Program-made: the position numbers and the translations under genes
Source: a phage
Reading direction: 5' to 3' (one strand)
DNA: 44,509 nucleotides
Sequence record: PZ049723.1
Part shown: in pieces, positions 17,315 to 26,956 of the stretch
Position numbering within the stretch: position 1 is the first letter of the stretch
Layout: the number at the start of each line of letters is the position of its first letter
The notes under the pieces: model-generated
What the model was told of the DNA's origin: nothing
What the model saw: only the letters and a program-made list of their open reading frames with translations
Database searches by the model: none

Positions 17315-18410
17315 GCCATAACCCCCGGTTTTTAAGCTGTGCGATAGTCATCAGTTCGCCCGTATCGGTGAACATCTTCGGCACTTTCACGCCGCGCATA
17401 ATCTGGTCGGCGCGCTGCACTCCATATAATTCCTCCAGAATATGGCGCGGCTGGCGCTGCACCCATGAGAAGAAATCAGTCTGCGCGTCGACCTGCTCAC
17501 TCAGCAATCTGCCCGCTTCAGCCTTCAGTGCCGGACGCTTACCACTGGGCCAATCTTCCATGCCCTTAACTTTCCACGTCTCCGTCGAACGGCAGCAATA
17601 ATGCAGCTTGCCCGGACCAGCGCCATATTGTGATCCAGCCACCACTTTCCCGCCGCGTTTTCCTTTGGTGTCGGGAGTAATATCAACCGGATAAAACAGG
17701 CGATCGCGTAGCTGGCACATGGGAGAAGTATGCGTGTCCAATGTAGATAACCATTGGCGACCTTCGAGAATATCGACATTTGCTTTTACCATTAGTTCGC
17801 GGGCTGTAGCCGCATAGTGGTTGACTGCGGATTTAACAACGCTCGAGATGGCTTGCGCACTACGACCACCTAGCGCGCGCCTCACGTCCGCTATAATTTC
17901 CATAGTCGGCTTACCCTGGATGAATCCGGCGCGCACCTGATTGCCGATCTGCGTTCTGGTCCATTCTGAAAGTGAATCGGGCCATTGCATCAGGGTATTG
18001 CCCTGAAACGGGTTTTTCATTGCCGTCGCTGCGATCTGCGCACCGGTCACTACGCCAACCACCTCGACCGCAGGTACAGCGACCACCGGCTGGATCGCTG
18101 CCGTTAATGTGTCGGTAAGATAATCAGCCTCCGTGTCGGCAAACTCCTGAAGGCTTTCAGCTAACGCCTTAAACTCGGTGCGCAGTTCCGTTTTGACGGT
18201 CTTGTCCAGTTGCGTCAACAGTGTGGTAAGTGCCTTGTTACTCATGGTCTTTTTGCCATCAAGTAACTCGGTCAGCTTACCCAGTAACGTGGGCCGGAAC
18301 TTCTCCCACATAGCCAACACCCTTCGCGCCTGGTCATTACTCAGGCGCTGGGTGAAGATGTGTCGGCGGATCATTCGATCCGCCATATATTGATTAATTG
18401 TCTTCGCCAT
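17307..18410 (-). CDS. Head morphogenesis / minor capsid protein
   Basis: 367 aa ORF immediately downstream of portal, the usual position of this protein; ATG at 18410. Confidence 0.6.
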   Translation of the reverse strand: MAKTINQYMADRMIRRHIFTQRLSNDQARRVLAMWEKFRPTLLGKLTELLDGKKTMSNKALTTLLTQLDKTVKTELRTEFKALAESLQEFADTEADYLTDTLTAAIQPVVAVPAVEVVGVVTGAQIAATAMKNPFQGNTLMQWPDSLSEWTRTQIGNQVRAGFIQGKPTMEIIADVRRALGGRSAQAISSVVKSAVNHYAATARELMVKANVDILEGRQWLSTLDTHTSPMCQLRDRLFYPVDITPDTKGKRGGKVVAGSQYGAGPGKLHYCCRSTETWKVKGMEDWPSGKRPALKAEAGRLLSEQVDAQTDFFSWVQRQPRHILEELYGVQRADQIMRGVKVPKMFTDTGELMTIAQLKNRGLWRD

Positions 18411-19914
18411 TGTCCGCTACCTTGTCCGGGTCTTCTTCGGTGGATTCTACCGCATCAGGGGACATTTGAGGCAATGGATTCTGATTTCGCAGTTCGTCTT
18501 CCACCTGCTCGACGGTTTGCGAGTCGTCGATAACGCCCTGCGCCATCATCCACTTGATGAAGTCAGCCAGGCGGACCGTGCCAGTCTGCACACCAGACAT
18601 CATCGCGGTCATAAGCTGCGCATCAACCGTGATCTCGGTGTAGAACTTATTCAGCGTCACACGCTGGTCGGCGGTGTCACCTGTGAATAGCTGGACGATT
18701 TGCAGCGCACGGTTGAAAGCCTTCTCAACGTTACCGGCAATAAGCGACAGGATACTGTTATCAGTCTGCGCATCGTAGGCCGCCTCGGTTGCCGTCTTAG
18801 GTGCGGTCCCCTTCTCGACCAGGGCCGCGCCCAGTTTAGCCATTTGCAATTCGCGTCGCTCACACAGCGCAACAGACAAGTTGCGCTCCTCTGCCTGAAT
18901 AAGTTTAGCGTCCATGTTCTGGCCCAGGATAACGCCCTTAGTCGCTCCGAGGGCAATGCCGCCCTTCAGGTTCTTGTCCGCCCATGATTGAGTCAAGCCC
19001 GTCGCAACCAGGGTTGGTTGGCCCACGATGTGCGCAATCTCGGCGACGTCCGCTTCGGCGTTGTAGTGCTTAATGTTGATGGACGCAATATCCGCCAGCG
19101 GAGCGGCGTCAGGCGTTGCGTTGTTGTCCACCGCACCACACCAGCAAAACGGGAGTTGTGTCAGCGCTTTACCGGCAGCATCCACCAGCGGCACAAGGTC
19201 GGTGCGGGTAAATCCACGCGGCAAGTCCATTTGCACCTCTGACGTGTCCGCGTTATAAAACCAGCGGCGGGCGTGTGCCGCACCATTAATCATACGAAGC
19301 TCGGTCCAGATTGTTACTTCGTGGTTTGCGAAGTCGTCCGGGTCTTCGGTGCTGATTTCGTCCGTTTCCTTCAGCACGATTAGCGTATCTACGCCGTGGG
19401 TCTGCCGCCAGTTGATGATCTGCTCTGCCGTATACAGGCGGATAAGCGGGCGATGTGACGCCATCTCGGCGGCTGTCTGCGGCACTACGTTGCCCAGTTC
19501 ATCAAAATGCGCCTGGCGGTCGTAGTCCACCATAAAGCCCGCACGGCCTGATTGCAGCACTTCCGACATAGCACCGCGCAGGAGTTGCGGCAGCGGCATA
19601 CCACTGCCGTCTACGTCGTCAATCAGGTCAGCCATCGCCCCGGAAAGGTCCAGACTTACCGGTTTAGCAAAGGCGACGCCTAACAGGGCATTCAGTGTGC
19701 GGGCGGTGGCGTTCAGGAATACAGCGCGTTGCTTGTACGCCTTATACCGCGCCCGTGCTTTCGGGTCAGTGTTATCGCCACTGGCGGGAGGAGGCAGGTA
19801 CAAAGGACCACACGCCTTCACGGCGCGCTCGCCTGCTACACAGTCACGAATCATCTTCCACTCTGGCGCGATGCGCGCATATAGTGGGTGCTGGTTGTCA
19901 ACGTTAACGGTCAT
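18394..19914 (-). CDS. Portal protein
   Basis: 506 aa ORF directly downstream of large terminase; acidic C-terminus; ATG at 19914 with AAGGAAA RBS. Confidence 0.8.
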   Translation of the reverse strand: MTVNVDNQHPLYARIAPEWKMIRDCVAGERAVKACGPLYLPPPASGDNTDPKARARYKAYKQRAVFLNATARTLNALLGVAFAKPVSLDLSGAMADLIDDVDGSGMPLPQLLRGAMSEVLQSGRAGFMVDYDRQAHFDELGNVVPQTAAEMASHRPLIRLYTAEQIINWRQTHGVDTLIVLKETDEISTEDPDDFANHEVTIWTELRMINGAAHARRWFYNADTSEVQMDLPRGFTRTDLVPLVDAAGKALTQLPFCWCGAVDNNATPDAAPLADIASINIKHYNAEADVAEIAHIVGQPTLVATGLTQSWADKNLKGGIALGATKGVILGQNMDAKLIQAEERNLSVALCERRELQMAKLGAALVEKGTAPKTATEAAYDAQTDNSILSLIAGNVEKAFNRALQIVQLFTGDTADQRVTLNKFYTEITVDAQLMTAMMSGVQTGTVRLADFIKWMMAQGVIDDSQTVEQVEDELRNQNPLPQMSPDAVESTEEDPDKVADNGEDN

Positions 19915-19925
19915 GGTCGTTTTCC

Positions 19926-21311
19926 TTAGTAGAAGTCTACAGTTGGAACAACGGCGATCGGACGAATTACTGGGAACAGGTGCGCAATTGGATAGCCCGC
20001 GGCATCGTTCATGTGGTCCACCCCAGCGGTTTTATCCGGCTCGCCTTTCTTCAGGTCGTAAACCTGCTGTTCCAGGCATTTCGCTAGTGTAGGGCATTTA
20101 TCCAGGTTGACAAAATACTGGCGCACGCCCTTCGAGTTGCACATCATCGTATTCATCGCGATCAATCGGTCTTTCACAGGTGGGTTAACACTGTCATACT
20201 CCACCTCGAAGCCCGCGTCTTCCAGTTGCGCTATATCGGACGATGATGCGTTTACAGTCTTGCGAGACTTGCCGCTGCTGTCCGGGTAAACGACGACCCG
20301 ACCGGCAGCACAATGATCGGGGTAGCGCTCCTCGATCGCCTCAATCATAGCTGGGGTATCAAACAGGTCCACAAACTCATCCACTGCGTGGATCTCGTCG
20401 CGGAACTCCTTGTTCTCGGTGATACGCTGCCGTCTGACATACACAACCGCCGCCATTTTCGTGACGTTAAAGTCCATACCGATAATCAGTGTGTCTTCGG
20501 GCTGCACTTCTTCGGTGCTGGCGTTCTCCTCACGGTTGAACATCTTGTATACTGCGCCAGACGTAAGGTTTACAAACAGGCCGTTCAAGTACGCATCAAT
20601 CAGGTTAGCCGGGTACTGACTGCGCAGCGTGTCGATAAAGTCTGCGGGCAAATGGTGGTTATCGGTAGTCTTCGCCCGGATCAAACGTTTTTGGCTATCC
20701 TTCTCCACTTCGAAAATCTGGTACATCGCCCGGTAGCCTTCCGGGGTGGACACGATGACGAACTGGCGGACAAAGCCCGCACGCAGACGACCGAGCAATT
20801 TGTGATACGCCGCCAGCGCAACGTCTTGCTTCGTGGTATCGAACTCGTCGGCAACAATCCACGCGGCGTTAACCCCGATCAGGCGGGTATAGTTCTCCAT
20901 TGACTCACAGATAACGCGGGTCCATTTGCCTTTCACAAGCACGTTATAGATCTTGTCCTGCTTATTGAACTTCCACCGGAAGCCCGCCTCGTCGAATGCC
21001 TTTTCCAATTCCGGGTACATGATTTTAACCAGAAGTGGAATAGTCGGTTCTGTCACGATGCCATCATGACCGGGGTTCAGTGTTAAAAGCTGGATAACCT
21101 TTCTCGCCGCAACCCATGACTTACCGCCACCGAAGCCGGAACACAGGCCGAGGATTTTAGTCTTCGTGTCGCGCAGTAGTTCCACCTGGTGGGGAAGGCA
21201 ATCAGGCTGGTAAAGGCGGACGGCCTGCGCAACGCGTGTCGGACGCGGCGGTCGGTTTCGCTTTGCGATCGCTCGTTCAAGGGCGCGATGTTCTGCCGCA
21301 TAGTTACGCAT
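19926..21311 (-). CDS. Terminase large subunit
   Basis: 461 aa; Walker A-like GFGGGKS near N-terminus, Walker B-like VADEFD, C-terminal nuclease-like acidic residues; ATG at 21311. Confidence 0.85.
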   Translation of the reverse strand: MRNYAAEHRALERAIAKRNRPPRPTRVAQAVRLYQPDCLPHQVELLRDTKTKILGLCSGFGGGKSWVAARKVIQLLTLNPGHDGIVTEPTIPLLVKIMYPELEKAFDEAGFRWKFNKQDKIYNVLVKGKWTRVICESMENYTRLIGVNAAWIVADEFDTTKQDVALAAYHKLLGRLRAGFVRQFVIVSTPEGYRAMYQIFEVEKDSQKRLIRAKTTDNHHLPADFIDTLRSQYPANLIDAYLNGLFVNLTSGAVYKMFNREENASTEEVQPEDTLIIGMDFNVTKMAAVVYVRRQRITENKEFRDEIHAVDEFVDLFDTPAMIEAIEERYPDHCAAGRVVVYPDSSGKSRKTVNASSSDIAQLEDAGFEVEYDSVNPPVKDRLIAMNTMMCNSKGVRQYFVNLDKCPTLAKCLEQQVYDLKKGEPDKTAGVDHMNDAAGYPIAHLFPVIRPIAVVPTVDFY

Positions 21312-21862
21312 TAATCACCCTGGCCTTTGCCGGTAGGTTCCACAACGACGTCGCCGTTATCATCTTCGTCGTCGTCCAGCGGCACATCGTCCCGGACGCC
21401 GTGGTTTGCTTTAAGCAGGAACGTAGCGAAGCCTGCCGCGATGGTCACGCCGCCAGCTTCCATCAGGAAAGTTTTCTGTAGCTCCATAGCGTCCGCCATC
21501 GCCTCGGCGAACTCCTCATGCGCACGCGCCCAGCGATACAGGCAAGCTACGCCCACGCCGATTTCCGCGGCAAATCGACCGAAGGTTGGCATTTTGTTGC
21601 GGGGGATTACTTGCGCAGCGCCTTTATCGGAGTAGTTTACCTGCCAGGCGTCGGCGTCGGCAAAATAGCGGCGAAGCTGGTCGCAGTAAACGGATCGGTA
21701 GTCAGTAGGGCGCCCACATTTGCCGCCTTTACGACGCTTGCCATATTCGATCTCAGGTCCGAGATTGGTATGTTCTGTTTGCTCGCCTGGTTTACGGCGC
21801 GGGGTTACTGCCACTCGTCCGTCCAGTTTGGCGCGTCGGCCCTTAACTTTGATTTCTGCCAT
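21311..21862 (-). CDS. Terminase small subunit (putative)
   Basis: ATG at 21862 (MAEIKVKG...); 183 aa basic protein immediately upstream of large terminase with overlapping stop/start. Confidence 0.5.
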   Translation of the reverse strand: MAEIKVKGRRAKLDGRVAVTPRRKPGEQTEHTNLGPEIEYGKRRKGGKCGRPTDYRSVYCDQLRRYFADADAWQVNYSDKGAAQVIPRNKMPTFGRFAAEIGVGVACLYRWARAHEEFAEAMADAMELQKTFLMEAGGVTIAAGFATFLLKANHGVRDDVPLDDDEDDNGDVVVEPTGKGQGD

Positions 21863-21992
21863 GATATAAGCCCTTTTGTGCATATGCGCCGACCATCGGC
21901 AACATAGGAGACGGCCCTGCCATCTAATTGGGATTATAACAGGCACAAAAAAGCCCACCAAATCGGCAGGCTGGGAGGGTTACGGGTCGCCG

Positions 21993-23135
21993 TTACTTCA
22001 ACATTTCCGGGCTAATGGTTAAGCGCGCTACTTCGCCGTAGTTGGCGCTGTAGGTGATGACGTTTGCGCTGCGGCCGGACATCCAACCGCCACGACTGGC
22101 GTAGGCGTCTTTCGCTGCGAGCGTCCTGTGCTGTTCAACAATCATGTTGCGGGATTCAACAATCTTCTGGTGGTGCAAATGGCCTACGTGCGCGTAGCTG
22201 TATTCGCTCGACCCGAACGCCTGTCTGAATTTAGCGATCATAACCTGCTCGATAACATCGAATCGCGCTTTGTGCCCGTGGTGGAAGAACAGCGTTGTTT
22301 TACCGTGCTGCACCATTTTGTAGACGTCCGGGGACGTATCCACATCGACGCGCGGCTCGTTCTCATACAGAGTATTGAACATCTCCGCCAGCCAGATCAT
22401 GCCAGACTCGTCATGATTACCCTGGACGATTAGAAGTTTGACTTTGTGGTGTTTTTGCAGCGCCAGCTCCACCACGTTGCGCACCATGCGAATCATGTAG
22501 CGGACCAGCTTCTGGTATCGGGTATCCGCGTCCAGGATGTGACCGCTGGCAGGTGTGACGGCATCAAGGCTATCAAAGTGCGCCATATCACCGAGGATAT
22601 TAATTACGGCAGTGCCTGCGTCCGGTGCGCGTGCAAAGGCTTCGACAAACCAGCGGTAGAACAGGTCTTCGGCAATCGCCATATCCCAGTCCTCGCCAGT
22701 CTCCTCGCCCCAGGCCAGCATCCCCAGGTGGAAGTCTGACACGGTGTACAGGTTGAGTAGGTCAAGTGCCTGGATCGGTACTGGCGGGGAGCTTACTGGT
22801 GCTGCCGGTGTGATTTCGCTGTTCATGCCCTCGACAACGGCGCGCATTGCTTCAAGCTGGCGCTCTTTGTCCTGCTCTGTGATAACCCACGACATGACCT
22901 CTTCGCCATTGCCACGCACCAGGGCGGAGACACGCTTCACGCCGAAGCCATCGGCAACGCGCTTACGGATTACGGCATCATTACCGTGACCAATACCTTT
23001 CTTCGACAGGCGGGCTTTGCGCATGTAGACGTTTCGTAGGGAAAGGCCGTACTTCTTCGCAATCTCTTTCGCGGTAGTGCCGGATTGCAACTCGGCGATC
23101 AATTGCTCGTCGGTGATTTTAGTTTGCGGGTGCAT
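21993..23135 (-). CDS. HTH domain fused to calcineurin-like metallophosphoesterase
   Basis: 380 aa; N-terminal helix-turn-helix (TAKEIAKKYGLSLRNV); phosphoesterase motifs SDFH, GDMAHFD, GNHDE, HHGH, GHLHH; ATG at 23135. Confidence 0.7.
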   Translation of the reverse strand: MHPQTKITDEQLIAELQSGTTAKEIAKKYGLSLRNVYMRKARLSKKGIGHGNDAVIRKRVADGFGVKRVSALVRGNGEEVMSWVITEQDKERQLEAMRAVVEGMNSEITPAAPVSSPPVPIQALDLLNLYTVSDFHLGMLAWGEETGEDWDMAIAEDLFYRWFVEAFARAPDAGTAVINILGDMAHFDSLDAVTPASGHILDADTRYQKLVRYMIRMVRNVVELALQKHHKVKLLIVQGNHDESGMIWLAEMFNTLYENEPRVDVDTSPDVYKMVQHGKTTLFFHHGHKARFDVIEQVMIAKFRQAFGSSEYSYAHVGHLHHQKIVESRNMIVEQHRTLAAKDAYASRGGWMSGRSANVITYSANYGEVARLTISPEMLK

Positions 23136-23196
23136 ATTAATTCACTTCCAGATTATGGGACCGAGGACAATATACCACGGCCCATATTGTGGCGGG

Positions 23197-23277
23197 TTAT
23201 AGCAATTCGCAAATAACCATACCGATAAACGCTGCGGCGGACCAGATTGCCAATACCCAAATATCACTACGTGCCAT
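23197..23277 (-). CDS. Small hydrophobic peptide (26 aa), speculative
   Basis: ATG at 23277 preceded by GAGGAG RBS; MARSDIWVLAIWSAAAFIGMVICELL; between promoter-like sequence and phosphoesterase gene. Confidence 0.25.
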   Translation of the reverse strand: MARSDIWVLAIWSAAAFIGMVICELL

Positions 23278-23307
23278 AGTGTAATACTCCTCTCGTTGAT
23301 TGGTAGC

Positions 23308-23337
23308 AGTATGGTCTGATAGTTGGTTGCAAGTCAA
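23308..23337 (-). promoter_or_regulatory. Promoter-like sequence at head of the structural operon
   Basis: Minus strand TTGACT (23337-23332), TGCAACCAA motif, about 18-bp spacer, CATACT (23313-23308); follows the lysis-operon terminator. Confidence 0.4.
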
Positions 23338-23340
23338 GCA

Positions 23341-23366
23341 ATAAAAAGCCCGGAATTAACCGGGCT
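23341..23366 (-). terminator. Rho-independent terminator after lysis-region operon
   Basis: agcccgg-aattaa-ccgggct 7-bp stem followed on minus strand by TTTTTAT. Confidence 0.6.
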
Positions 23367-23373
23367 GGTGGTT

Positions 23374-23787
23374 TTATTCTTCTGCTTCCGTTACGGTGAA
23401 GATGGCGGACGCCATTGCCCCGCTACCATCGGATGCCACCCAAAAGATGTGAGCGCTACCTGCCGTTTGGGCTGTGATTTCGCCGGTAGTCTGATCGATT
23501 GCCGCACAGGCAGGATTCGACGACACCCACTTCCCTGCCTTGTTAGTTGCGTCGGATGGCAGGACGGCAACAGAAGCGGAGGCCTTCGCACCAACTGCGG
23601 CTGACACTGGAGTGAGGGTTACGGTCGCACTTGCTACCGGCTTACTTTCTGGCACGCTAGGCAGCTTCGCGTCAAAGACGCCCGCATGGCTGATAGTGTC
23701 CGCAATAATAGCGCGTGCGCCTGGGTCTTTGGTTTTAGCCAGCGCGGCGAGCGCGTCGGCGTTATGATCAAGAATACTTTTTAACAT
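23374..23787 (-). CDS. Bacterial Ig-like (Big_2-type) domain protein
   Basis: 137 aa; Ala/Ser/Thr/Val-rich beta-rich region whose spacing resembles Big_2 domains; last gene before terminator. Confidence 0.45.
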   Translation of the reverse strand: MLKSILDHNADALAALAKTKDPGARAIIADTISHAGVFDAKLPSVPESKPVASATVTLTPVSAAVGAKASASVAVLPSDATNKAGKWVSSNPACAAIDQTTGEITAQTAGSAHIFWVASDGSGAMASAIFTVTEAEE

Positions 23788-23803
23788 ACTGTGTTACCCC
23801 ATG

Positions 23804-24295
23804 TTATGCTGCGTTACGTCCGATCTTCTCGGCAACGTCCCACTGCTTCCCATCAAACAACGCCTGTCTGCCGATTGCTCGACGGACAAGTCCCTTCAGC
23901 ACTTCCCCGCCTTGCTTGCGGAACTGTGGCAGCGTAGCACGGACCTTCGCCCAGTCACCCAGGCGCACCGCATCATCGAAATCACCGGCTACGTCGTCCG
24001 GCATGATCGGACCAGGACCGGCATTGATTACCAGGTCCACCAGCGCGTCGAATTGCGCCTGATTGATGCTCGGGTGTGCGTACTTGTTCACCCAGTTCTC
24101 GGCATATGCCACATCGCGCTTGAGTAGCTCCAGTGCTTCCGCACGGGTAATGCTCCGCGGCGGGTTAGTGCCGGTGTGACCATAGCCCCAGGTATACAGG
24201 CCGCGGGCCTGCTCTTTCTTAGTCGCGAAATACGGCACTGGGCTGAACGCCTCCCATGCTGCCGTAAATCGTAGACCGTTGTCACTGAATCGCAT
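23804..24295 (-). CDS. Endolysin, GH24 (T4 lysozyme-like) family
   Basis: 163 aa; N-terminal catalytic pattern E..F....Y then TWGYGHTG; follows two membrane-protein genes. Confidence 0.8.
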   Translation of the reverse strand: MRFSDNGLRFTAAWEAFSPVPYFATKKEQARGLYTWGYGHTGTNPPRSITRAEALELLKRDVAYAENWVNKYAHPSINQAQFDALVDLVINAGPGPIMPDDVAGDFDDAVRLGDWAKVRATLPQFRKQGGEVLKGLVRRAIGRQALFDGKQWDVAEKIGRNAA

Positions 24296-24527
24296 GTTTT
24301 ACCCCATTCAAAACAGCATTACGCAGTGTGCGCAATGCAAACAGCCATATTAACGCGGTCCAGGTGGTATCAGATACGTCTCCGGTTTGCAACAATCCGA
24401 TAAAACAGACCATTGCCGTTAACAGATACAGCACCCGACCGAAAAAGCCATCCCGGACGGACGGCGCATACACGTTAAACAGGGACGAAGCCCCGATGAT
24501 AACAAACAACAGGACGGAGATAATCAT
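24282..24527 (-). CDS. Holin/antiholin-like small membrane protein
   Basis: 81 aa with two or three hydrophobic helices and charged C-terminus; GGGGGG RBS; overlaps endolysin start. Confidence 0.5.
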   Translation of the reverse strand: MIISVLLFVIIGASSLFNVYAPSVRDGFFGRVLYLLTAMVCFIGLLQTGDVSDTTWTALIWLFALRTLRNAVLNGVKHAIQ

Positions 24528-24814
24528 TTTGCACCCCCCGGAAGTCGGAACGACGCAATAGTCTCCCTGATCCGGTCGGCGATTGGCATCCAGAAGATGG
24601 CAGTTACGAAGCCCAAACCGGCGACAGTGCGCTCACCCGACAAACCAGCCCACTCAGCGATAGCCGGTGCGCCAAATATGGCACACAGGAAGCCAACTAC
24701 AACATACAAAACGAAGTTTAGCGGCCCCTTCGTAGCCTCACCATGAATGCGTGCGCCTACGAAGCCACCCGCCAGACATGCCAGGGCGAATAGCCACTCG
24801 TTTAGCTTATCCAT
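24524..24814 (-). CDS. Holin-like membrane protein
   Basis: 96 aa with three predicted transmembrane segments; first gene of lysis cassette. Confidence 0.55.
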   Translation of the reverse strand: MDKLNEWLFALACLAGGFVGARIHGEATKGPLNFVLYVVVGFLCAIFGAPAIAEWAGLSGERTVAGLGFVTAIFWMPIADRIRETIASFRLPGGAK

Positions 24815-24866
24815 AAAAAAGTCCCAGTAAGTTTTATCTCACTGGGACTATATCACGCTTGCATAA

Positions 24867-25166
24867 TTAATCGAAAACGGACCACTTGCCGACGCCTTTC
24901 CACTCCCACCCGGATGAGCGGACGGCTTCGAATGTTCGACCGCCTATCATATCCCGATACCACAGCCACCACATGCGCAACCTGGTCGGGTGCTCCGTTA
25001 TTCCACGGCGCTTGTAGATCTCGAACGTCATGCGGGTAATACTGGCGGCTTCCACTGCTGGCCATACGACGAACATCAGGATGCCAAACAGCACCGCGGT
25101 AAGCAGGCACAGCCCGCAGATCAAACCAAACCAATAAATCACATCATGAATCATAATCTGCCCCAT
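24867..25166 (-). CDS. Hypothetical membrane protein
   Basis: 99 aa with N-terminal hydrophobic helices; two short overlapping ORFs (48 and 33 codons) lie upstream at 25231-25377. Confidence 0.4.
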   Translation of the reverse strand: MGQIMIHDVIYWFGLICGLCLLTAVLFGILMFVVWPAVEAASITRMTFEIYKRRGITEHPTRLRMWWLWYRDMIGGRTFEAVRSSGWEWKGVGKWSVFD

Positions 25167-25373
25167 AGGTATTTAACCAGACTAATAACCGACGCCAACA
25201 GCACCAGGGCCGCCAGACTACCGCCACATACTACCGCGAAGACGTATAGCATCGAATTGCCCCTTCCGGTTTGCCAATATGGCGCGCCCATGCACGCGCC
25301 ACGAAGTAATTGCGAAACACACGACCGCCGATCTCAAAGCGGTTGTGCATGAGTATATCGCGGATGGTCGCAC

Positions 25374-25991
25374 TCATTTCAGAATCACCGAGCGCGGGTC
25401 TATGGCCTTCATGCTGCCGTCACGTTCGACCCGGATGAATCCAACGCCGTATTCCTGCGCATGACGCTGTGCGTTCGTCACGGCATCAAAACGATTTATG
25501 ATTTCGTGCGCGGTACGTTCCATCTTCGATTGCACCTGGTGGGCGTCGTAGGTTGCATAGGCTGGCTGTGACTTGCGGAACTCCACACGCGTCTTTTGCG
25601 CCACATCATGCGTTACGCGGTTAACGGCATCCGCTATAGCGTTCGCGCGCTCATGCGGCTGGCGGTCGCGCAGGCAGTATTTGCGGCCCACGCGCTCGTA
25701 ATTTACGAGGCCGAAGTAAGTCATACCGGCGACGCCATCCTTGCGGGATTGCATACGCAGGCCATGAAGCCCGGCATACTCGACGACCCACATACTGCCG
25801 TCGCGAATATCACGCAGCACATCACCGCGCTCAATATCATGCGTGACAATATCGTATTTCTCCGGCAGCTTTGCCTTACTCGCCCACCAGACACGATCGC
25901 TTGCGGCGTGGTGCAAGCGGACGTGTGCCGCAAGGGTCTGTATTGGCCTCAGGATTTTGCCATCTGCTTTACGGCGGAATAATAATTTCAT
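25374..25991 (-). CDS. Hypothetical protein
   Basis: 205 aa ORF, ATG at 25991; no motif recognised. Confidence 0.5.
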   Translation of the reverse strand: MKLLFRRKADGKILRPIQTLAAHVRLHHAASDRVWWASKAKLPEKYDIVTHDIERGDVLRDIRDGSMWVVEYAGLHGLRMQSRKDGVAGMTYFGLVNYERVGRKYCLRDRQPHERANAIADAVNRVTHDVAQKTRVEFRKSQPAYATYDAHQVQSKMERTAHEIINRFDAVTNAQRHAQEYGVGFIRVERDGSMKAIDPRSVILK

Positions 25992-26003
25992 TGCTCAATC
26001 TCC

Positions 26004-26213
26004 TTAAAGTTTAACCGTGCCGCACTTGTCGCACACGATGATTTCATCTTGCGGGTTGTGGTCGCATTCGCTTTCGTCGATCTCGTCGGCGGTTTTGCTG
26101 TCGCCGTCGCATACCGTAGCGATGCCGTAATAGGTGTAGGAGTCGCGGCAGCTGTCAAGGTCGATATTACCTTGCAAGAAGCCGTCCATTAGCGTTATTT
26201 GCATTGGTGTCAT
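26004..26213 (-). CDS. Small acidic Zn-ribbon-like protein
   Basis: 69 aa with Cys pairs (C..C .. CDKC) and acidic stretch. Confidence 0.4.
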   Translation of the reverse strand: MTPMQITLMDGFLQGNIDLDSCRDSYTYYGIATVCDGDSKTADEIDESECDHNPQDEIIVCDKCGTVKL

Positions 26214-26479
26214 TTGCTCAGTCTCCAGTGTTTGCCTACCCGCTCAACGGCGGGCTTCCGGCGTAATGTAATACGGATCCCCATTGGTTGCAAGGAGGTC
26301 CGCACCCTGAAATCGTGTTGTGCTGCGAACTGGTGCAAGTAGCGAGTCTGCGTCAACGGCTTTACGTCGTCGCGATAGCACCAGAATACAGATTCACCCT
26401 CAACCGCATTCTCAGCCCATATTCGTATGCAATGCAGGGGAATATGCCACGAAAGCTGTTTGGCGCGCCTACGGCTCAT
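26210..26479 (-). CDS. Hypothetical protein
   Basis: 89 aa ORF with overlapping stop/start to neighbours. Confidence 0.4.
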   Translation of the reverse strand: MSRRRAKQLSWHIPLHCIRIWAENAVEGESVFWCYRDDVKPLTQTRYLHQFAAQHDFRVRTSLQPMGIRITLRRKPAVERVGKHWRLSK

Positions 26480-26488
26480 TTTGGCCCC

Positions 26489-26779
26489 TTATTTCGCAAG
26501 CTGGGCGAATAGTTCGCGCTGGGCTTTAATCCGGGCGACGTTTGTCACTGCCTTATCGCCAATACCGAAGCGATAGGCCAGGCGTTCACGGGCAAATGCA
26601 AGCGCGTAAGCCCTGATAGCCGCGCGCAACGGCTCGGGGTCTTCCATGCCCGCGGTCGCATCCATGATCGCAAACCAGGTCGGAGCTACCAGGCGCTCCC
26701 ACGGTGCGCTGCCGTTGGTATATCTCACTTCGACCGGTTTTGCCACCGCCATTGTGTAATTCCAGATTAACGCTCTCAT
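26489..26779 (-). CDS. Hypothetical protein
   Basis: 96 aa ORF; ATG at 26779 overlaps the stop of the upstream small gene. Confidence 0.45.
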   Translation of the reverse strand: MRALIWNYTMAVAKPVEVRYTNGSAPWERLVAPTWFAIMDATAGMEDPEPLRAAIRAYALAFARERLAYRFGIGDKAVTNVARIKAQRELFAQLAK

Positions 26780-26955
26780 AGTTCCGTAACCCTCTCAACC
26801 GGTTTATACCCCAAACGATAGCTGTCGCCCCAAAGTAGCAGGCCCATAAATTCATCTATGCTAAACGCTCGCTTGCACACAGTGCGAAGCTCCCCGTTGT
26901 GGACTACCGTATCGCCGATCTTGATTTCGCGCTTATTAACCATTTCGGTTTTCAT
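26776..26955 (-). CDS. Hypothetical small protein (59 aa), not in ORF track
   Basis: ATG at 26955 preceded by GGAGGG RBS; MKTEMVNKREIKIGDTVVHNGELRTVCK...; stop overlaps next gene start (ATGA). Confidence 0.4.
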   Translation of the reverse strand: MKTEMVNKREIKIGDTVVHNGELRTVCKRAFSIDEFMGLLLWGDSYRLGYKPVERVTEL

Positions 26956-26956
26956 G

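Noticed and set aside
21993-23135. Interpreting the metallophosphoesterase as an SbcD/Mre11 nuclease
   Set aside because: No SbcC/Rad50-like ATPase partner gene in the window and an HTH fused at the N-terminus; left as generic calcineurin-like phosphoesterase.
23363-23370. Chi-like octamer GCTGGTGG
   Set aside because: Single occurrence noticed inside a terminator region; expected by chance in 44 kb and not evaluated further.
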